Assembly: GCA_040954595.2 (NCBI GenBank)
Contig: CM082580.2
Span: forward strand, 10,642,390-10,706,389
DNA from: Balanoglossus misakiensis
Taxonomy: Eukaryota > Animalia > Hemichordata
Length of the DNA: 64,000 bases
Direction: 5' to 3'
The position numbers and the translations under genes are program-made. Of this stretch, positions 12,349 through 26,600 are shown piece after piece; the stretch's first letter is position 1; each line of letters starts with the position of its first letter. The notes beneath the pieces are model-generated. The model searched no databases, was not told the origin of the DNA, and was given only the letters and a program-made list of their open reading frames with translations.

Positions 12349-15300
12349 TTATAATAATTTTGAAGACTCCCCTTTACCACACCCCAAAGACATTGGTATA
12401 CAGTCACCTTTAATTTACATATGCCCACATATGGTCCAAAGAGTGTGTGTGCACTACTCACTGCAAATCTGTGAATAAAATTTGTTCCATGTTGGTGAGT
12501 GTATCACTAAAATAACCCAAATGTTTTTGCTGTGCACTGCGAAGCACTTAAAAACTGACCCAAGTGGGATCAAATGTTACATTTACTTCTAATAGTGCTG
12601 CCATTTGGTCTTGACTCTTTTCTATTCAATTATTGGATGCGTCTTTATGCCAAGGCAAAGAAGTCAATAGGTTGCTAACCATTCATAAAACTCCTTACTT
12701 CAATTTTTTTTCACAAGGTTAGCAGTGAAATTGGAGGCCATTTTGAATCCAAATTTGAGACAAAGTTGCCTTGAGCTAATATGATTCTCATGGTACATAC
12801 TGTAATGTACATGTTGAATGTTTATTTTCTTCTGCTGATATGTATCTTTGATGTACCATCTGTATCTATCGAGTACAATAAAGATTGAAAATGTAAAGCA
12901 TTTTGTTTGTGAGCACAGAACATTGTACATTGAACACACACAAAGATCATTCTATATTACATGCCAAGACAGCACATGCATGCTCAGAAGACAATAAGAA
13001 CATATGTGATTCTCTTTTCTCTCAGAAAAGTTTTACAAACTCAGCACATTCTTCAAGCCCCCTCCCCCTTAGCAGTCATAAAGCTTTAATTCAGATCCCC
13101 TGTGACATAGTGTCAGGTTTTTTAAAGTCTTTCCCCTTCAACTCCCCCAAAAGTGTTTGTGAACACTGCCTAACTAGTAAAAGGTGTCGACTGAAAAGAA
13201 AATGGCGACTAGGTAATATCGTATTATATTATCCCCGAGATTTTTGCACGAAAACTTAAAGACAGTTTTCCATTAAGGTATGTTGTTGTTTTTTCATCAA
13301 GAAGTGCTTTCTCCTTGATAATTTAATTATCAAAAATAGAGCAGGCATTGGTTGCTTCACATAATCTGGTGAAATGTTTTGACAGGAAGTATGACATATA
13401 CGAGTGACAGTGACAACGTAAAGTGGTAAACATAACCAGGGGTACATACTATACTACGTGTATATATTTGCGACTATGTACACCCGTGTAAATCATTAGA
13501 TGCATTCCGTTCCCAGCAGCCAAGGGCGAGATTTGTTACCCTGGTTGGCTACTGCTGAACAGCTGTCGGATACCACAGTGAGTGAAAGTAATGTGGCACC
13601 GAAACAGTGAGGCTTCTGCAGATCGTGTGACACTGACAGAGCAATGCCAATATAACCCTGTCATCGAGAATATTAAATGTCGCAAATTGTTTACATAACA
13701 AAACCGTGCAATATGAAGTAGGGTTTGACACCTGCACTTCTAAGGTCAATGATTGGAGCGGGTGGTACTGCTCAGTTGAGGATGTTGTTCATTGTTCGCC
13801 ACCTGTGACCACCCTCTGCAATCATGAGCCAATAGTCGAAGATCTCAGCAAGAGTAGAATGAAAAAGGGGCAGAGAATGATTGGCTATTCAGTATTCAGT
13901 GTGAAAAATGTCTCCAGAAGCAGGTGTATTGGAAAACAAAAAGAGAAGTTAGGGTGTGAAAATTAACAATGGAGTGTCAATGAAATTGCAAATATACAGT
14001 TGGGGGGCTTGGCAGCAGTATGTAACTGTGGTATCCATGGTAACTGAAGCCTGACAAAAACCACAGTCGAAATGTTAACCGAACTTCTATTTTTCCTAGC
14101 CCTTTTTTTGTTTTCTGATACACCTGTATTGAAGATCAGCACAGCCAACACTACAGTTTATAAACCATACATAACAATTTGTTTACACAACTCCCTAGCA
14201 GAGCAATTACAGTAAACATTACTGCAGTTTTAAACACAGTTTTATGCAATGGAAAGTTGAAATAGCCACCTGGTTGGCCATGTCGAAATGAATGATTCCT
14301 CTAAATCAGTTGTGTTTAACTTGTTAATGCATTGTTGACCCCTGATTTTGATCAGTGATTACACTGGATAAGAGTGACATGGTATTGATTTAACTTCATT
14401 GGGTTTTCATGAGCTACTCAATGATCAATGTAAAAACCCCACAGAATATTTTCATCTCCAAGTGTTTTAATTTGATGATTGTGGAAGGTTATCAATGATT
14501 TATCAGTGGTTTATTTGTGTTCATCTTGAGTCACCAGGTATACAATCCCAAAGTCAATCCATTATACCATTAATAGACAAACGGTGTCTATATCTGTTTT
14601 CATGTTCAATTTTGGTCGAGTGGTATTTCAAGACTAAGGCCAGAGAAACTTTTTTTAAACAGCGTTCTTCATTGAAATCTATTACATTTGATTGGTTACC
14701 ATGGAGGCATTATCAAAATTACATCAATTCATTTATTTCCCCAAAACTGAAATTTATCACAAATTTTTCATGATTGTGACATAGGCAATCAACTTTGTCT
14801 AATCAAATCATTTGTTCATTAAACCCCAAGCTTTTAAGGTTGAACATGGATGAACTGTGTTTCTGATTTTTGCATAACCAAACCTGCAAGGATACATCCT
14901 GAACTAGCTTATCTCTCAAAAAAGGCAGCAGTACGAATTGGTGTGGTGCACTCCAGAAAGTACATATATAAACATTCAGATAGATTTAGAACAAAAACCA
15001 GGAATGTAGCCTTATCTCTGAGTGGAGCTGTTGGGGTATGAGATCCCTACAAGGTCATTTTAAAGGCAACATCACATTTATGGCTTAGAAAATCAGTCTG
15101 AGATCATGCATTAGGACCATTCCATTTGGGAGACGGGTGATAAGATGTACTTCTTATCGGTTCACTTTATTGCTAATGGTCAGGCCTGTTGTCAATCTTT
15201 TTGTCCCAATCAACTTAATTTGTGTGTAATATTTGCCTCACAGATTTGTGGTGGAAAATGTGTTCAGTGGGTAAAATGCAGTCCTCACTAATTCAATTGT

Positions 15301-18300
15301 TTAATTATTGAAGTGTGGAGGATTTGCATCAGATTTTTTTGTGGGAAGGGGAGGTTTGGGGTTGTTTTTCCTGTTCTTAAAATGATTGTGGGAAATATTC
15401 AATATTGAAAAACATTGATAACATTTGTTAAAAAATCAAATCTGGTTGATATAATGGTGTGTGCATTTGTAAAAAAAAAACAAAAAAACCAGAGAAATTC
15501 TTAAAATTCTTATTGCAGAATACTTTGAAAGTGTTGAATCCTCATACATGTACTAATTTAAATAAAACAATTATACTTTAAAGCTGAATAGGTCTGGTGG
15601 GGTGGAAATGATTTCTGTAGTTTAATTTAATAAAGAACTGTAAATTGCTGAGGTGATTTACATGTTGTAGTGATACTTGGTCAATGAGGTGGAACATGGT
15701 GTATAATAAAGATCAGTATCTGAGTAAAGGGGCTGCCTTAACTACACGGGGGTCCGAAGCTGAAACGAAACACTCCCCAAAATGAAGAATAAATGCTTAA
15801 ATAATACAGTTTGACATTTTGATGATGGCCTCAGTACTTATTGTATGTCACTAATTCATTGACTGGTCTTAATTGGTCCAAATCAATCTATGTGGCTCTT
15901 CTGGTCAGTGCTTAACTCCCCTCCGAGTTGTGCTGTTCACGCAAGTACAATAATCAGATTTTCTACGTATCCCATGAATATGTAATGAAGTGAGCGAGGA
16001 GAGCTAGCGAGCTAGAGAGAAGAGGGGCCCTGGCTAGGAGGGAAACCACACACGATGTGAAGGTGAGATTTGTCCAAAGATTCTCTCCGATCGCACTATC
16101 AACTAACACTGTATAGCTAATACGAGTATTTCAAATTGTACGACATACGATACTTGGATGGCTTTTAATTATTTTGTCAGATGTTTTCCAGTTTTTAAAA
16201 ATGGAATAGTCAGAGGTGCGTTTGAACCTTACAAGTAAGTGCATAACAGTTACTTTGTGTGCATTGAAATATTGATCATTGGGGTATGGACCGCAGGGGA
16301 ATTATTTCTATCTCCTTTTCAAATACGCGTACAAAATGCAGCTTGTGTGATAATTTAACATCTTGATTAAAAATATTAAGGTGCAGGAGAATTTTTCAGA
16401 GCAGATTCAAAAGGTGATGTAGGAATATTTCCCTGTCAAGGTATTTATTTCAGCTTTGACTGCATGACTATTCATATGCTAAACACCATTAAGTAAAACG
16501 AAATCGACACAATAGTGTACATTTCAAAAAAAAATTGTGAATTAGTACATTCATCATTCATTCTTTTCTCTCGTGATGATTTGCATAATCAAGTTCATCT
16601 TGTTTAATTTGGTATGAGGTTTTAATTTTTGCACTAAAATATGGTTTTGATGGCAAGAATATAAGAATATGTCAAGAATGCGTGATAAGGATGATATTTT
16701 AGAGCAGGCAGGCTCTATGTTACTTTTTATTTAGGAATGTAACAAAAAGCTGGCATTTCTCAGTATGGAGTGAAGATTAGGTTTGTTACAGGATTATAGA
16801 CGTCTTGAACTAGCACAGTTCAGTAGTTTTGTTAGTGAAATACCATCCACATATCCAGGTATCAAGCTGTTTAGTGTAGAGTTAGCGGTCGCATCACCAT
16901 GCATTAGTTCAGCTTGCTTGCTGTCAGCCAGTTATTGTGACTGACACTTCAACAATGAATGGGTTTGATGCAAAATATTAGAAAACTGGCTGTGTTTTTA
17001 GCATTTTCTAGGTTAAAGTCAGGATGGCTGCCATAATTCTACGTTCTGTACATCTAGTGTAAAGATCATGAAAGGTTCTTATTCAATGTAAAATTCAGGA
17101 TAAGATGGTTGTAGTTTTGTGCTAAGCCTTCCTAAGAAGGGATAACTGCCTGCCTTATATTCCATTATCAAATAATGAAGTTTATTATTGGGCAATTTTT
17201 GTTGAAGGCTTGGCGACATTATCACTTAGCAGGTGAAGGTCACTTGCTTTTTAAGATTTGAATACAGGAAGTGATTTTATTTTTTTAAATAAAGAATTAT
17301 GAATGCTGTATGATTTAGCAGAGAGGCTTTCAAAACTGATGTTTTGGAGAAAATTTAATGGGAAAAAATTTGCCTCTGGCTAAAGATTGGGCCACATGTA
17401 GTAATATGGGCAAGATTCTGGGTTAGCTACTGAAGGAATCGGGTCAAGTTTGTAAAATAAAACACGTTCAATCATTATGTCGTTAAGAAGTGTCAAGGCA
17501 GTGACTGATCAAAAACCTAAAAATAGATCACACAGAAATACAGAGTAGAGTCAAGCTAAGGTATTCTCACATTGTGTTTTGTCATTTAATATATTCATGT
17601 ATTTAATAATATATGCATGAATAATGTAAGAGGTTAAAATGTAACATACACCTGGCATCATTCTTTGACGTGATATTCACATATGATACATTAGACATAA
17701 AATCCTTCTGGAACAACCAGAATGCAGGAGAAAAATGGGGGGGGGGGGGGCTGATTCTTAATTGAAAGCTAGATATAGCTTGAATGATAAATCTTGATTG
17801 GTCAAGTATCATGAGTATGTTTGGCTAAATTGTGTTGATGTGAGTTTGTTAAAGTCAGTCCAAAATTGCAGTGATCATGAACAGTGATTCATACATTGTT
17901 ACAGATTTATAGTACTGATTATTGCTTCCTCTGAAGTCTACAATTGTATGTAAAATATAGCTTGAATGATAAATCTTGATTAGTCAAGTATGGTTGCCTG
18001 AGTTGTTGAAAATTTGTAGTCATGGTGTAACATGACAAACAATATCTCACACATCCCTCACTGAACTCAAATATATTGGCAGCAGTATGTTGCATGGAGT
18101 TTACCAGATTAGCTGCAGGGATAGAATTCTAATCCAATAATCACTTCAAACTCCAGCACTGTCAGTTAATTATTTCCAGTGTGACATTTTCTACACTGTG
18201 CAGTAGAACTAAAACACTTAATTGTTATGTGGTCAGAGAACTGGCACATCCAAATATATGAGGTCAAATTTGACATTAGTGTATTTCTCATCTCTGCTAT

Positions 18301-19445
18301 TGTAAGTGTTATTATTTGAAATAGACATCAGAAATAGAACACGCAAATAAAATTAATGCTATCCATTCCTTCATTGTTCTTTTATTTTGAAGACCCAAAG
18401 CAGATGATGTGAATGAAAAAAAGGACAGTATTACCAATATTATGACATTGCATAAATTTGTAGTGAGCTGCAGTTGCTTTTTTGTGTGTCCATGACACCG
18501 AAATGAGCATCGTGCCATGGGTGTATTTTTAACGGTATCCTTGCTGCAGACCACTTACTCCTGATAAGTATTTCTGCAATCTGAACTGAAAATTCACTTA
18601 GTGTTCACAATTGTAGATTGTCACCATGGTGATATCGGCCAGCAGGATGCTCTGTCATGTGACAGTGTTTGAATTGCTGAACTGATGGAGTCGGTCACAA
18701 TCTTAATCTCAGCTGTCTCCAGTGTTATTTGTGGAATAGGCTTAATATGCTACATGTTTTGTATGTGTGTAAGTAAAACTGGGGAGAAATACAGGTACTG
18801 CCAGTAGTCTAATTGAGTAACCTCAGGGATGCCTTATGCTGGCTTTGTTGGAACAAGAACCAGACTTATGGAGCAAATTAGGGGCTAGCTGTGATGTATG
18901 GGAGAACGTAGCTACATTGCCTTCTACTGGCATCTCGGTGTGTCTCTTTTTCATGATAATCTTACAAATTATAAAATCATAAACTGATTTATTAAAAATC
19001 ACAATGATAGGACCGCTGGTAGAATTGAGTACATTATATGGGTCATTGAACCTATCAGGTCACCAGATACAAAAATACCAACTTCCTTGTTCTGAAAGTG
19101 TCAAGGACCACAGGAAAAGGAGGATCTATGAAATCCTGTTGTGAAAGTAATCTGCTTGGTTCAGTGTATCCCCTTGAGAGGGCCTGGCCTATCTGAATCA
19201 AAACAAAGTTTGTACCTTGACATTACCAAGGATAAAATAAGTATAGGAGGCCCAGTCAAGCGAATGAATTACTGTATAGAAATGCCATAGTATATATTGG
19301 ACAATATGATCTGAAATTAGATAAACACATGATATGCGTGTCATGTTCAGTTACAGTTACTAGTTAGCTGGCTGAAGTGATTATAAAATCTTACGAATAT
19401 GAGCTAGAAAATTCCTTGACTTTCCTTTTTTTTCTTCATTTACAG

Positions 19446-19548
19446 GACTTTGCCATGTCTCAGCAGAAACCTCCTAATGTTGGTGATATATGACGTGTAA
19501 TTTAAATGAAAACAGCAAGCAGATATTTGTGAACACTGGTAATTGCAG
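19446..19548 (+). other. Candidate non-coding 5' UTR exon of DNMBP containing uORFs
   Basis: Strong polypyrimidine tract with TACAG acceptor and CAG|GTGAGA donor; the first coding exon of DNMBP itself begins at an acceptor (23616) 17 nt before the ATG. Confidence 0.5.
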
Positions 19549-22500
19549 GTGAGACGTTATCTTAAGTTGTTGATCTATATGGAGATTTCGTAACTTTAGG
19601 ATAAATAACTCAATCAGACAAACTCCCGCGGGCCAGCCTGTAATGCCCATGCAGCTTGAAAGCTGTTAATGAAACAATTTACAAGAAGGAAGTCTTATTA
19701 GTTTTGTACTTAGCTGTTAATGCATTTATAAGTGTCCACATATTTATTGGCCATGGGGTATAGCATACAGCTGCCTCCCAAAGGCAATTTTAGTCACCCA
19801 GAAAGATTTCTGTTTTGTGAGGTCAGAAACTAATGAAAGAAATTGTTTGGGGCATACGTGTACCATTGTATCTACTAAACGTGCGTATTCTGAATGTATA
19901 AGACTGCGCACAGAAAGATTATCTCTTCTAGTCAATGCCACAATGATAACCCAGTCTTCTGGGAAGATCCAGTTTACCGGTAGATGTACTATACAACAGG
20001 TCAGAATCGCAATCAATGGACATGTGTCCGAGACAGCTAGTGCTTGATCAGTATACGGTAAATTCATGTACTGACCGTGATAAGTCTGCAAGTCAGCTAC
20101 TTTATGACAGCTAGCTCTGCCTGATGCTTGATTATGCTTGTAATTTCCTGCCACTTACTTGGATGGACTTCCGTAGCTGTCACAAGCAGCTGTACCTTGC
20201 AGCTGACTTGTCTTCCTGTCCGAACATCAAATTTAGAATATTTCTGACTGTAAAACCCGATTAACTGTAGAGTACATTGAAGGCAATGATTTTTTTCTAA
20301 AAACTGCTCTTCATCATACAAATACGGTATAGCTGTCATATCATCATCATGGAACCTTTATCCAAAGTTTTAAGTGCGTGTATCAGCAAGTAATTATAAA
20401 AATCTCTGACCTGTAATAATTTTATAAGTATGGGTATGTGTGTACAAGGTAGTTATAGTATATTGGGTTCATTGGGTAGGTTGAAATTGAATCATAGATG
20501 GTACTGTGATTGGTAAATGCAAAGCCTCAAATTGATGTGAGTGGGCATGTTAATGCAAGAAGCATGTACTTAATCTCGATTTGCTGCACAGCGGGCACAG
20601 TAATATTACCCAAGTGTGTTTGAAAAAAACCTATGTGCTCTTATAAGAGTAGTAATCTGAAAAGTGTCTGCTCAGAATTTGTAATTTGTCAGGCAATGAT
20701 GAGAGAAATTGAACAGAATGTTTGCAGTGGAATTTACGTGTGATATTAAAGTGACAATATGATTTCATCAGCGCATGTTTTTTAATCACAGTGGATTGTG
20801 TAGGGAAATTCTGTTTTCTTGTGTTGTATAGCTCATGCCACGTGTTGTGGCAAATTGAAAATGAGTCATTACTTTCCAATTCATGCAGCAAGACATTGTC
20901 AAGTCTGTGTACTGCTGGTCAAATAAATTTTGACTGCCACATGAGGCAAACTGGGTATTTTTAAATAATAATTTCTTCAATGTTTGGGTATCTGGTATGA
21001 TCGCTGTCGTAACTCTTTTGTAACTCTTTTTTAGACTAAGTCATTCAATTCCAGTCAGTAGTGTAATTATTGGTGAAACTAACACTGAGTTCAAGTAGTA
21101 GGAGATAAACTTGATTGCTATTAGACCAGCAGTGCATACTGATGACACAAGCATATCTACTGCATGGAAATGTACATGTACTTGCAACATGGGTGTCTGT
21201 GATTTCTTGCCACTGTAAAATCCCCAAGACCTGCGCGATACTGTTTAATGTATTACTTTCACCCGCAGTTGCAATGATTATGCTATTTACAAGAACTTAT
21301 TGGTTTAGCAAGATGGACTTATTATAGAAGTGTTTATAGGTACTCGTTCTTGGTGATGGTGATGAGATTTCCCAGAATAGCCTTAAGGTGTTTCACAGCC
21401 TTGAAAGAAAATTACAAGTGCTTCTATTCATTTAGCAACAAACACCAGGATGTCTAATGCTCTTGTTCAAGTAAGGACCGAGTTGTCGGCTGTACCTGTA
21501 CCGGTAGTTGTGTTGATGTACTTGGAGCTTAGATATCAATAAAGCAGCATTTAGTTAATTGTACTCACTGCCTCCATTCTTTTTTGCACCTATACTTCCG
21601 GGTACGTTGAAAAAACAGTCTTTCTGGGGAAAAAGACACGTACATTACAGACAGAGACAGACGATGGTTGGCGACTAATCCTATAAGCTTTGTCAATTCC
21701 CTCCCTTATGTATCTGATGAAGCACAATAATCAAGCACACTTTGTTCAGACAGGATTAAAGTTAAGCCTTCCATGAATACCCAGTATTAATCGTTTTTGA
21801 ATTCCATAATCTGAAAGATATGACGGAAATTGTCCTTCTCACTTTAATTTCCAATTTTCATAATCATGTCTAGTTCCCAAAGGTACCAACATGTTCAGTG
21901 ATGGTATGAATTTTATATTATTCAAATGATAAACCACATTGTGCCTCAAAAATCAATGCTATTTGCATCAGAATAGCACAAAATAGAGAGAAGTATATAA
22001 ACTATATCAGCTTGTACTGTATTGTATTTTATGAGAGTGTTTCATTATGATATTGAAATTTCATTTAGCTTATAAAGAATATGTGCAGTTTGATCTTTGT
22101 TATATATGAAAATTCTTACAAAAACAGGAACAGGATTGTGTGAGTTTCAGGCAAATTGGTAAGTTTTTTTATCGTGACGAGGATTTCAGTATTTTAAGAC
22201 CACAGCATTGAAACAAGAATTCTTTTTGTCTGTGACAATGAAAGCACACGCAAGATGGCAGCTAACATGAAAACATGAAGGATGTGGATATTACTTTCTT
22301 ATTGTCACACATCCGACGTTGTTTACTCAAGGTTGCTTCGTTGAAAAGTGTTTGAATAGCAAGAAAATGGAGGACGAAAATGGGGCTGGTATTTGAATGA
22401 TAGCAGATCAATATTTAATATTCGCCACTTTTTCATCATACATCACAACAGCTAGAATACCAGGTATGTCATGTAAAGATGAAATTGAGTTGAGTTTGCA

Positions 22501-23632
22501 TTGCGTGAACATCACTCAGCCCTAAAGTATAACAAATGCAGCTTCGAGTGAAATCTCCCATTTGGCGGAAAAGGATTATGAAGAAATCTAGCCCATTTTT
22601 CACTGCCGCGTCTAGTGCCAACAGCTTGGGACTTTGAAATACCGGGTAAAAATTTGCAGAAATACGCATGCAATCATCAATCAGGGTTTACTTCATTAAT
22701 GCTTGCAATGCTATATAGAATTGTAAAATATGTCAAGGTGATTTCACCTTCCAATTGATGCACTAAAAGGATACAAAAGCTTTCATCCATTGCGCAGAGA
22801 TGACCGTGCTGTGCTTCTAAGTGTTTACAGACTTTCACAATTCTGGAAAATCCCCGTCTCAGCCCCCAACTGGCAGTCAAGATTGTAAATTACTGTGTTT
22901 GTGGATTACTTTAAGAGTACAATGCATTAGCTTGCCATAGACGTGCCATCTGACCCGTGGTGTAGACTCTTTCAGGGACAAACCATAGCATTTTAGGGAG
23001 GGCAAGTAGTCAGAGAATTAATATGATTAATAGAAAAATGACAAGACTATCATTGATTTGAAATTAAAGTCCATATACCAAGTATACTTCGGGTACTATA
23101 TGTGGATATGTGAAATTGGAGATACATGTAGCCATGTTTCAAAAAGTTTGTTAACCAAAATTTCTGAGTGAATTTCTACATTTTCATGTTATGGCTAAAT
23201 TTTGCAAAGGTGACAGTGTACCTTTAAATCTTCACACAGTAAAATTTAATAACTTGCAGGAGAGTCATTTCGTGTTTCATGGTATTAGTTGAACTTTAAG
23301 CTTATTCTGAAAGTGAGTCATCCCTCTTCTCGCTGTTACAATATAATTCAAAAGTTGATAAATGGAAAAAATCAAATTGAGAATTCTTCCCATCGTTGCA
23401 ATAAACCGTGAAATCCAATCAATCAATATGAATATAGCATTGCCTGAGCAGCTGCCGTCCTAATATATTCCCTCAGATTTTATCTGAATAATGGATCAGT
23501 AATGTCATATTAGGCTTCACAAGGTGGCGTGTTCACAAACATGATTAAGTGACTGTTCATAGACACATTTTTGCTGCTCAATTTTTCCTGATAACTTGGC
23601 TGACTTCAATTTCAGATAACAAAAATTACAAG

Positions 23633-26600
23633 ATGGAACCTGGAAGCAAAGTCAAGGCGATCTATGATTTCCAAGGAACTGATCCCAGCGAACTGACTTT
23701 CCGAGCGGGTGATGTTGTGGAAATCGTGGAAAAAATTGACGACAATTGGTTTTCGGGAACTCTGAATGGCAACACAGGATCATTTCCTTCCAGTTACGTA
23801 ACTTCACTCGTACAGAAACAAGTCGTCGCCAAGGAAACGTTTCCAGCAAATGCTGAGGGGGATCTAGCATTCAAGAAAGGTAAAGCTTCAATTTATTGTG
23901 TGTGGATTGTGAGATATGAGAAGCTATGATGTAAATGAGAAATGAGGGACTTCTTCAGCTGTAATTTGCGCTGAGTGGTTTGATGGATGACCTAGTCCAA
24001 AAGTTTATGTTTAAGAATGACATGTACATCGACGTCCTGTGACTTCATATTTCAAGGAATTAATAAACGTGATCTTGAATGTTGCATTGTGTAGGTGACG
24101 TTATCAAAGTACTGGATAAGATTGATGGTAACTGGTGGAGGGGTCAGCTGGGTAGCAATATTGGTATATTCCCTGTCAACTATGTTGAAGATTATGATCA
24201 GAAAGGTAAGGTGTAATTAGTTTCATGGCAAGCTTTTTTTGGTGCATTATTATGACATCTTAAAATCAGTTTAGCATCCTGGCTATAAGTGAACATGCCA
24301 GCAAATATGGACTGTCTTGCTTCTGACATGATGTATCGACTGTTACTAATTCTTGCTGTGGCGTCTTTTTTTTTTAGGATCCACACAGAGCCCTGGAGGT
24401 GAGACTCAGAAAGCGAAAGCACTGCAAGACCTGACGGGACAGCTGCACGACGAATTGTCCTTCAAAAAGAATGACATCATCGTCATCACGGAGAAAGTGG
24501 ACGCGGATTGGTATCGGGGCGTTCTCAACGGCACCAGCGGTCTCGTGCCGGCATTCTGCGTGGAACTCTTGTCCGACGCGTCGCATTCCAGTCCAACGTC
24601 ACCACCGGTGAACTACTCGAAACTTAACGAGAGCCTGCGGAAAAGTCTCCAGGGCGCTGCAGGCACTGTGCCCGAGACGCAAACGATCAAAGCCCATCAG
24701 CCAAAGACGGAACAGAGCGAACCCTGGGCGACAACGCTGTACCCGTTCAGCGCCGACAACAAGGGAGAGTTGAGCTTCATGGATGGAGAGAAGATCATAT
24801 TAACCGGGAGAATCGACGATCAGTGGTTGGAAGGCAGGATCGATGGCCGAGTGGGGGTCTTCCCGAGTAATTATGTGAAAGTCGTCGTTGATTTGCCCCC
24901 GGGGGAATATGCTGCACAGACAAACATGACCGCAAGGACAAACCAAGCTAGTAACGGAATGGATAAGTGCAGGGGAATGCAGGGAAAGGCTTTGTTTGAT
25001 TTCACAGCAGACACCGAACAGGATCTGCCCCTCAAAACGGGAGAAATGATTACGATTGTTGAGAAAGTGGACGCCGACTGGTACGAAGGAAAAAACTTGG
25101 GTGGCCAGGTCGGTTTTTGCCCGGTTAATTATATAGAAATTGTGACTGCGAAGCCCAAAAAGAGGCCTGCCCCTAAACCACCAAGTAAAAAATCGCCTAC
25201 AAAGGCTGCAGCTACACCTCCAGTATTGAGTACAGCGACGCCTGCATCAATAGAGCAATCAGTAGTTTCACCGCCAGCGATGCCAGTGTCTGTGAGCGAG
25301 AATCATTCCATGCAACCAGTTGAACAACCCAACGCGGTGGATGTCACAGCCGTATTTCCAAACACAGAGCAAACGCCTCCGTTGTTGCAGGGTGGTGGCG
25401 ACACCCCCCTCGTGTCCGGCAGCGCCTCAGCAGGACCGCTCGACGCCCCAGCCCCCACTCAGGACCCGCTATTACCGTCTGTGTACAAGCCCGGAGGAAG
25501 TTCGTACAAATCAGTGTCTTTTGCGCCCAAAGGTATGTCGTCATCAAGCAGTGGCGACTCGACGAAAGGCGAGATGCTGCAGAGACAGGACGCCGTCTCC
25601 CAGCAAAGTCCCCCGGCTGTCGACCTGAGTATTTTCGACTCATTGGCTCCCGTGCAGCCGACCGAATCCAGTTCTCTTGCCCCTCAGGCAGAGAAGACAC
25701 TGTTGGATGCCAGCCCCGTGGTCGAAGCCAGTGTGGATATCTTAGCTCCCAGCAAACCGGTGGACAACCCGACCAAAGTCGCCGATAGCTCTAGTTTTCC
25801 TTTCGATCCCTTGTTTGCTCCTACGCCCTTTGTCCCCGGAGCCCATACGGGAGTGAGACCAGTACACGGACCTGTGACCGGTGGAGCGCACAAGAGCGCG
25901 GCATCGTCCCACCTGACGTCAGATTTCGATCCCCTGAAACCGGAGAGTGCCCCTCGCGAGGCGATCGTACCCCAGGGTCCGCCTCCTCTGATTCCGTCTA
26001 GCGCGCCGGTTGCCAAGCCAACCACCCTGGAGACCAAGCTGCGGTCGATATCTCAAGTGAGTCAGGACCTGGACGAGTTCTTCGGGACGACCGACAGTTA
26101 CACCTCCAGAGTGAGCACCATAGACAGCATCGACAACATGTTAGACCCCCTGGGACCGAGCGCCGCGGTCGCCATGGAGACGCAGAAGTTTGTGCCATTT
26201 ACAGAAGTACCACCACCTCCCCCAGTGCCACCAAGACAGCCTTCTCCGAACCCCTTCGCTGCGAGCTTCGAGCCGCCACAACAAAGTGCAATAATTTCAC
26301 CCCCATCCACGGCGTCGACCGCCTCCTCGAGACAGAGCTCGCTGGACGTGACCCCCGGCTGGCAGTCCATGAACTACAGCATGGACAGTGTGGCTTCGGA
26401 CGATGCGGGATACTATCACGGTTTGAGTTTCAGCATAAAGCCTCTGGGAGATTCCCCGCCGGTGGGTGGTGGTGGCGGCGGGACGGCGTTCAAGCTTCCC
26501 CCGCCCCCGTCCTCTCCCAGAAGACCCCGACGGTTGCCGTCCGAGGAACGCCCGCAGTCGCCCAAATTCGACCCCAAGACGGCGGTGCCCCGGCCGAAAC

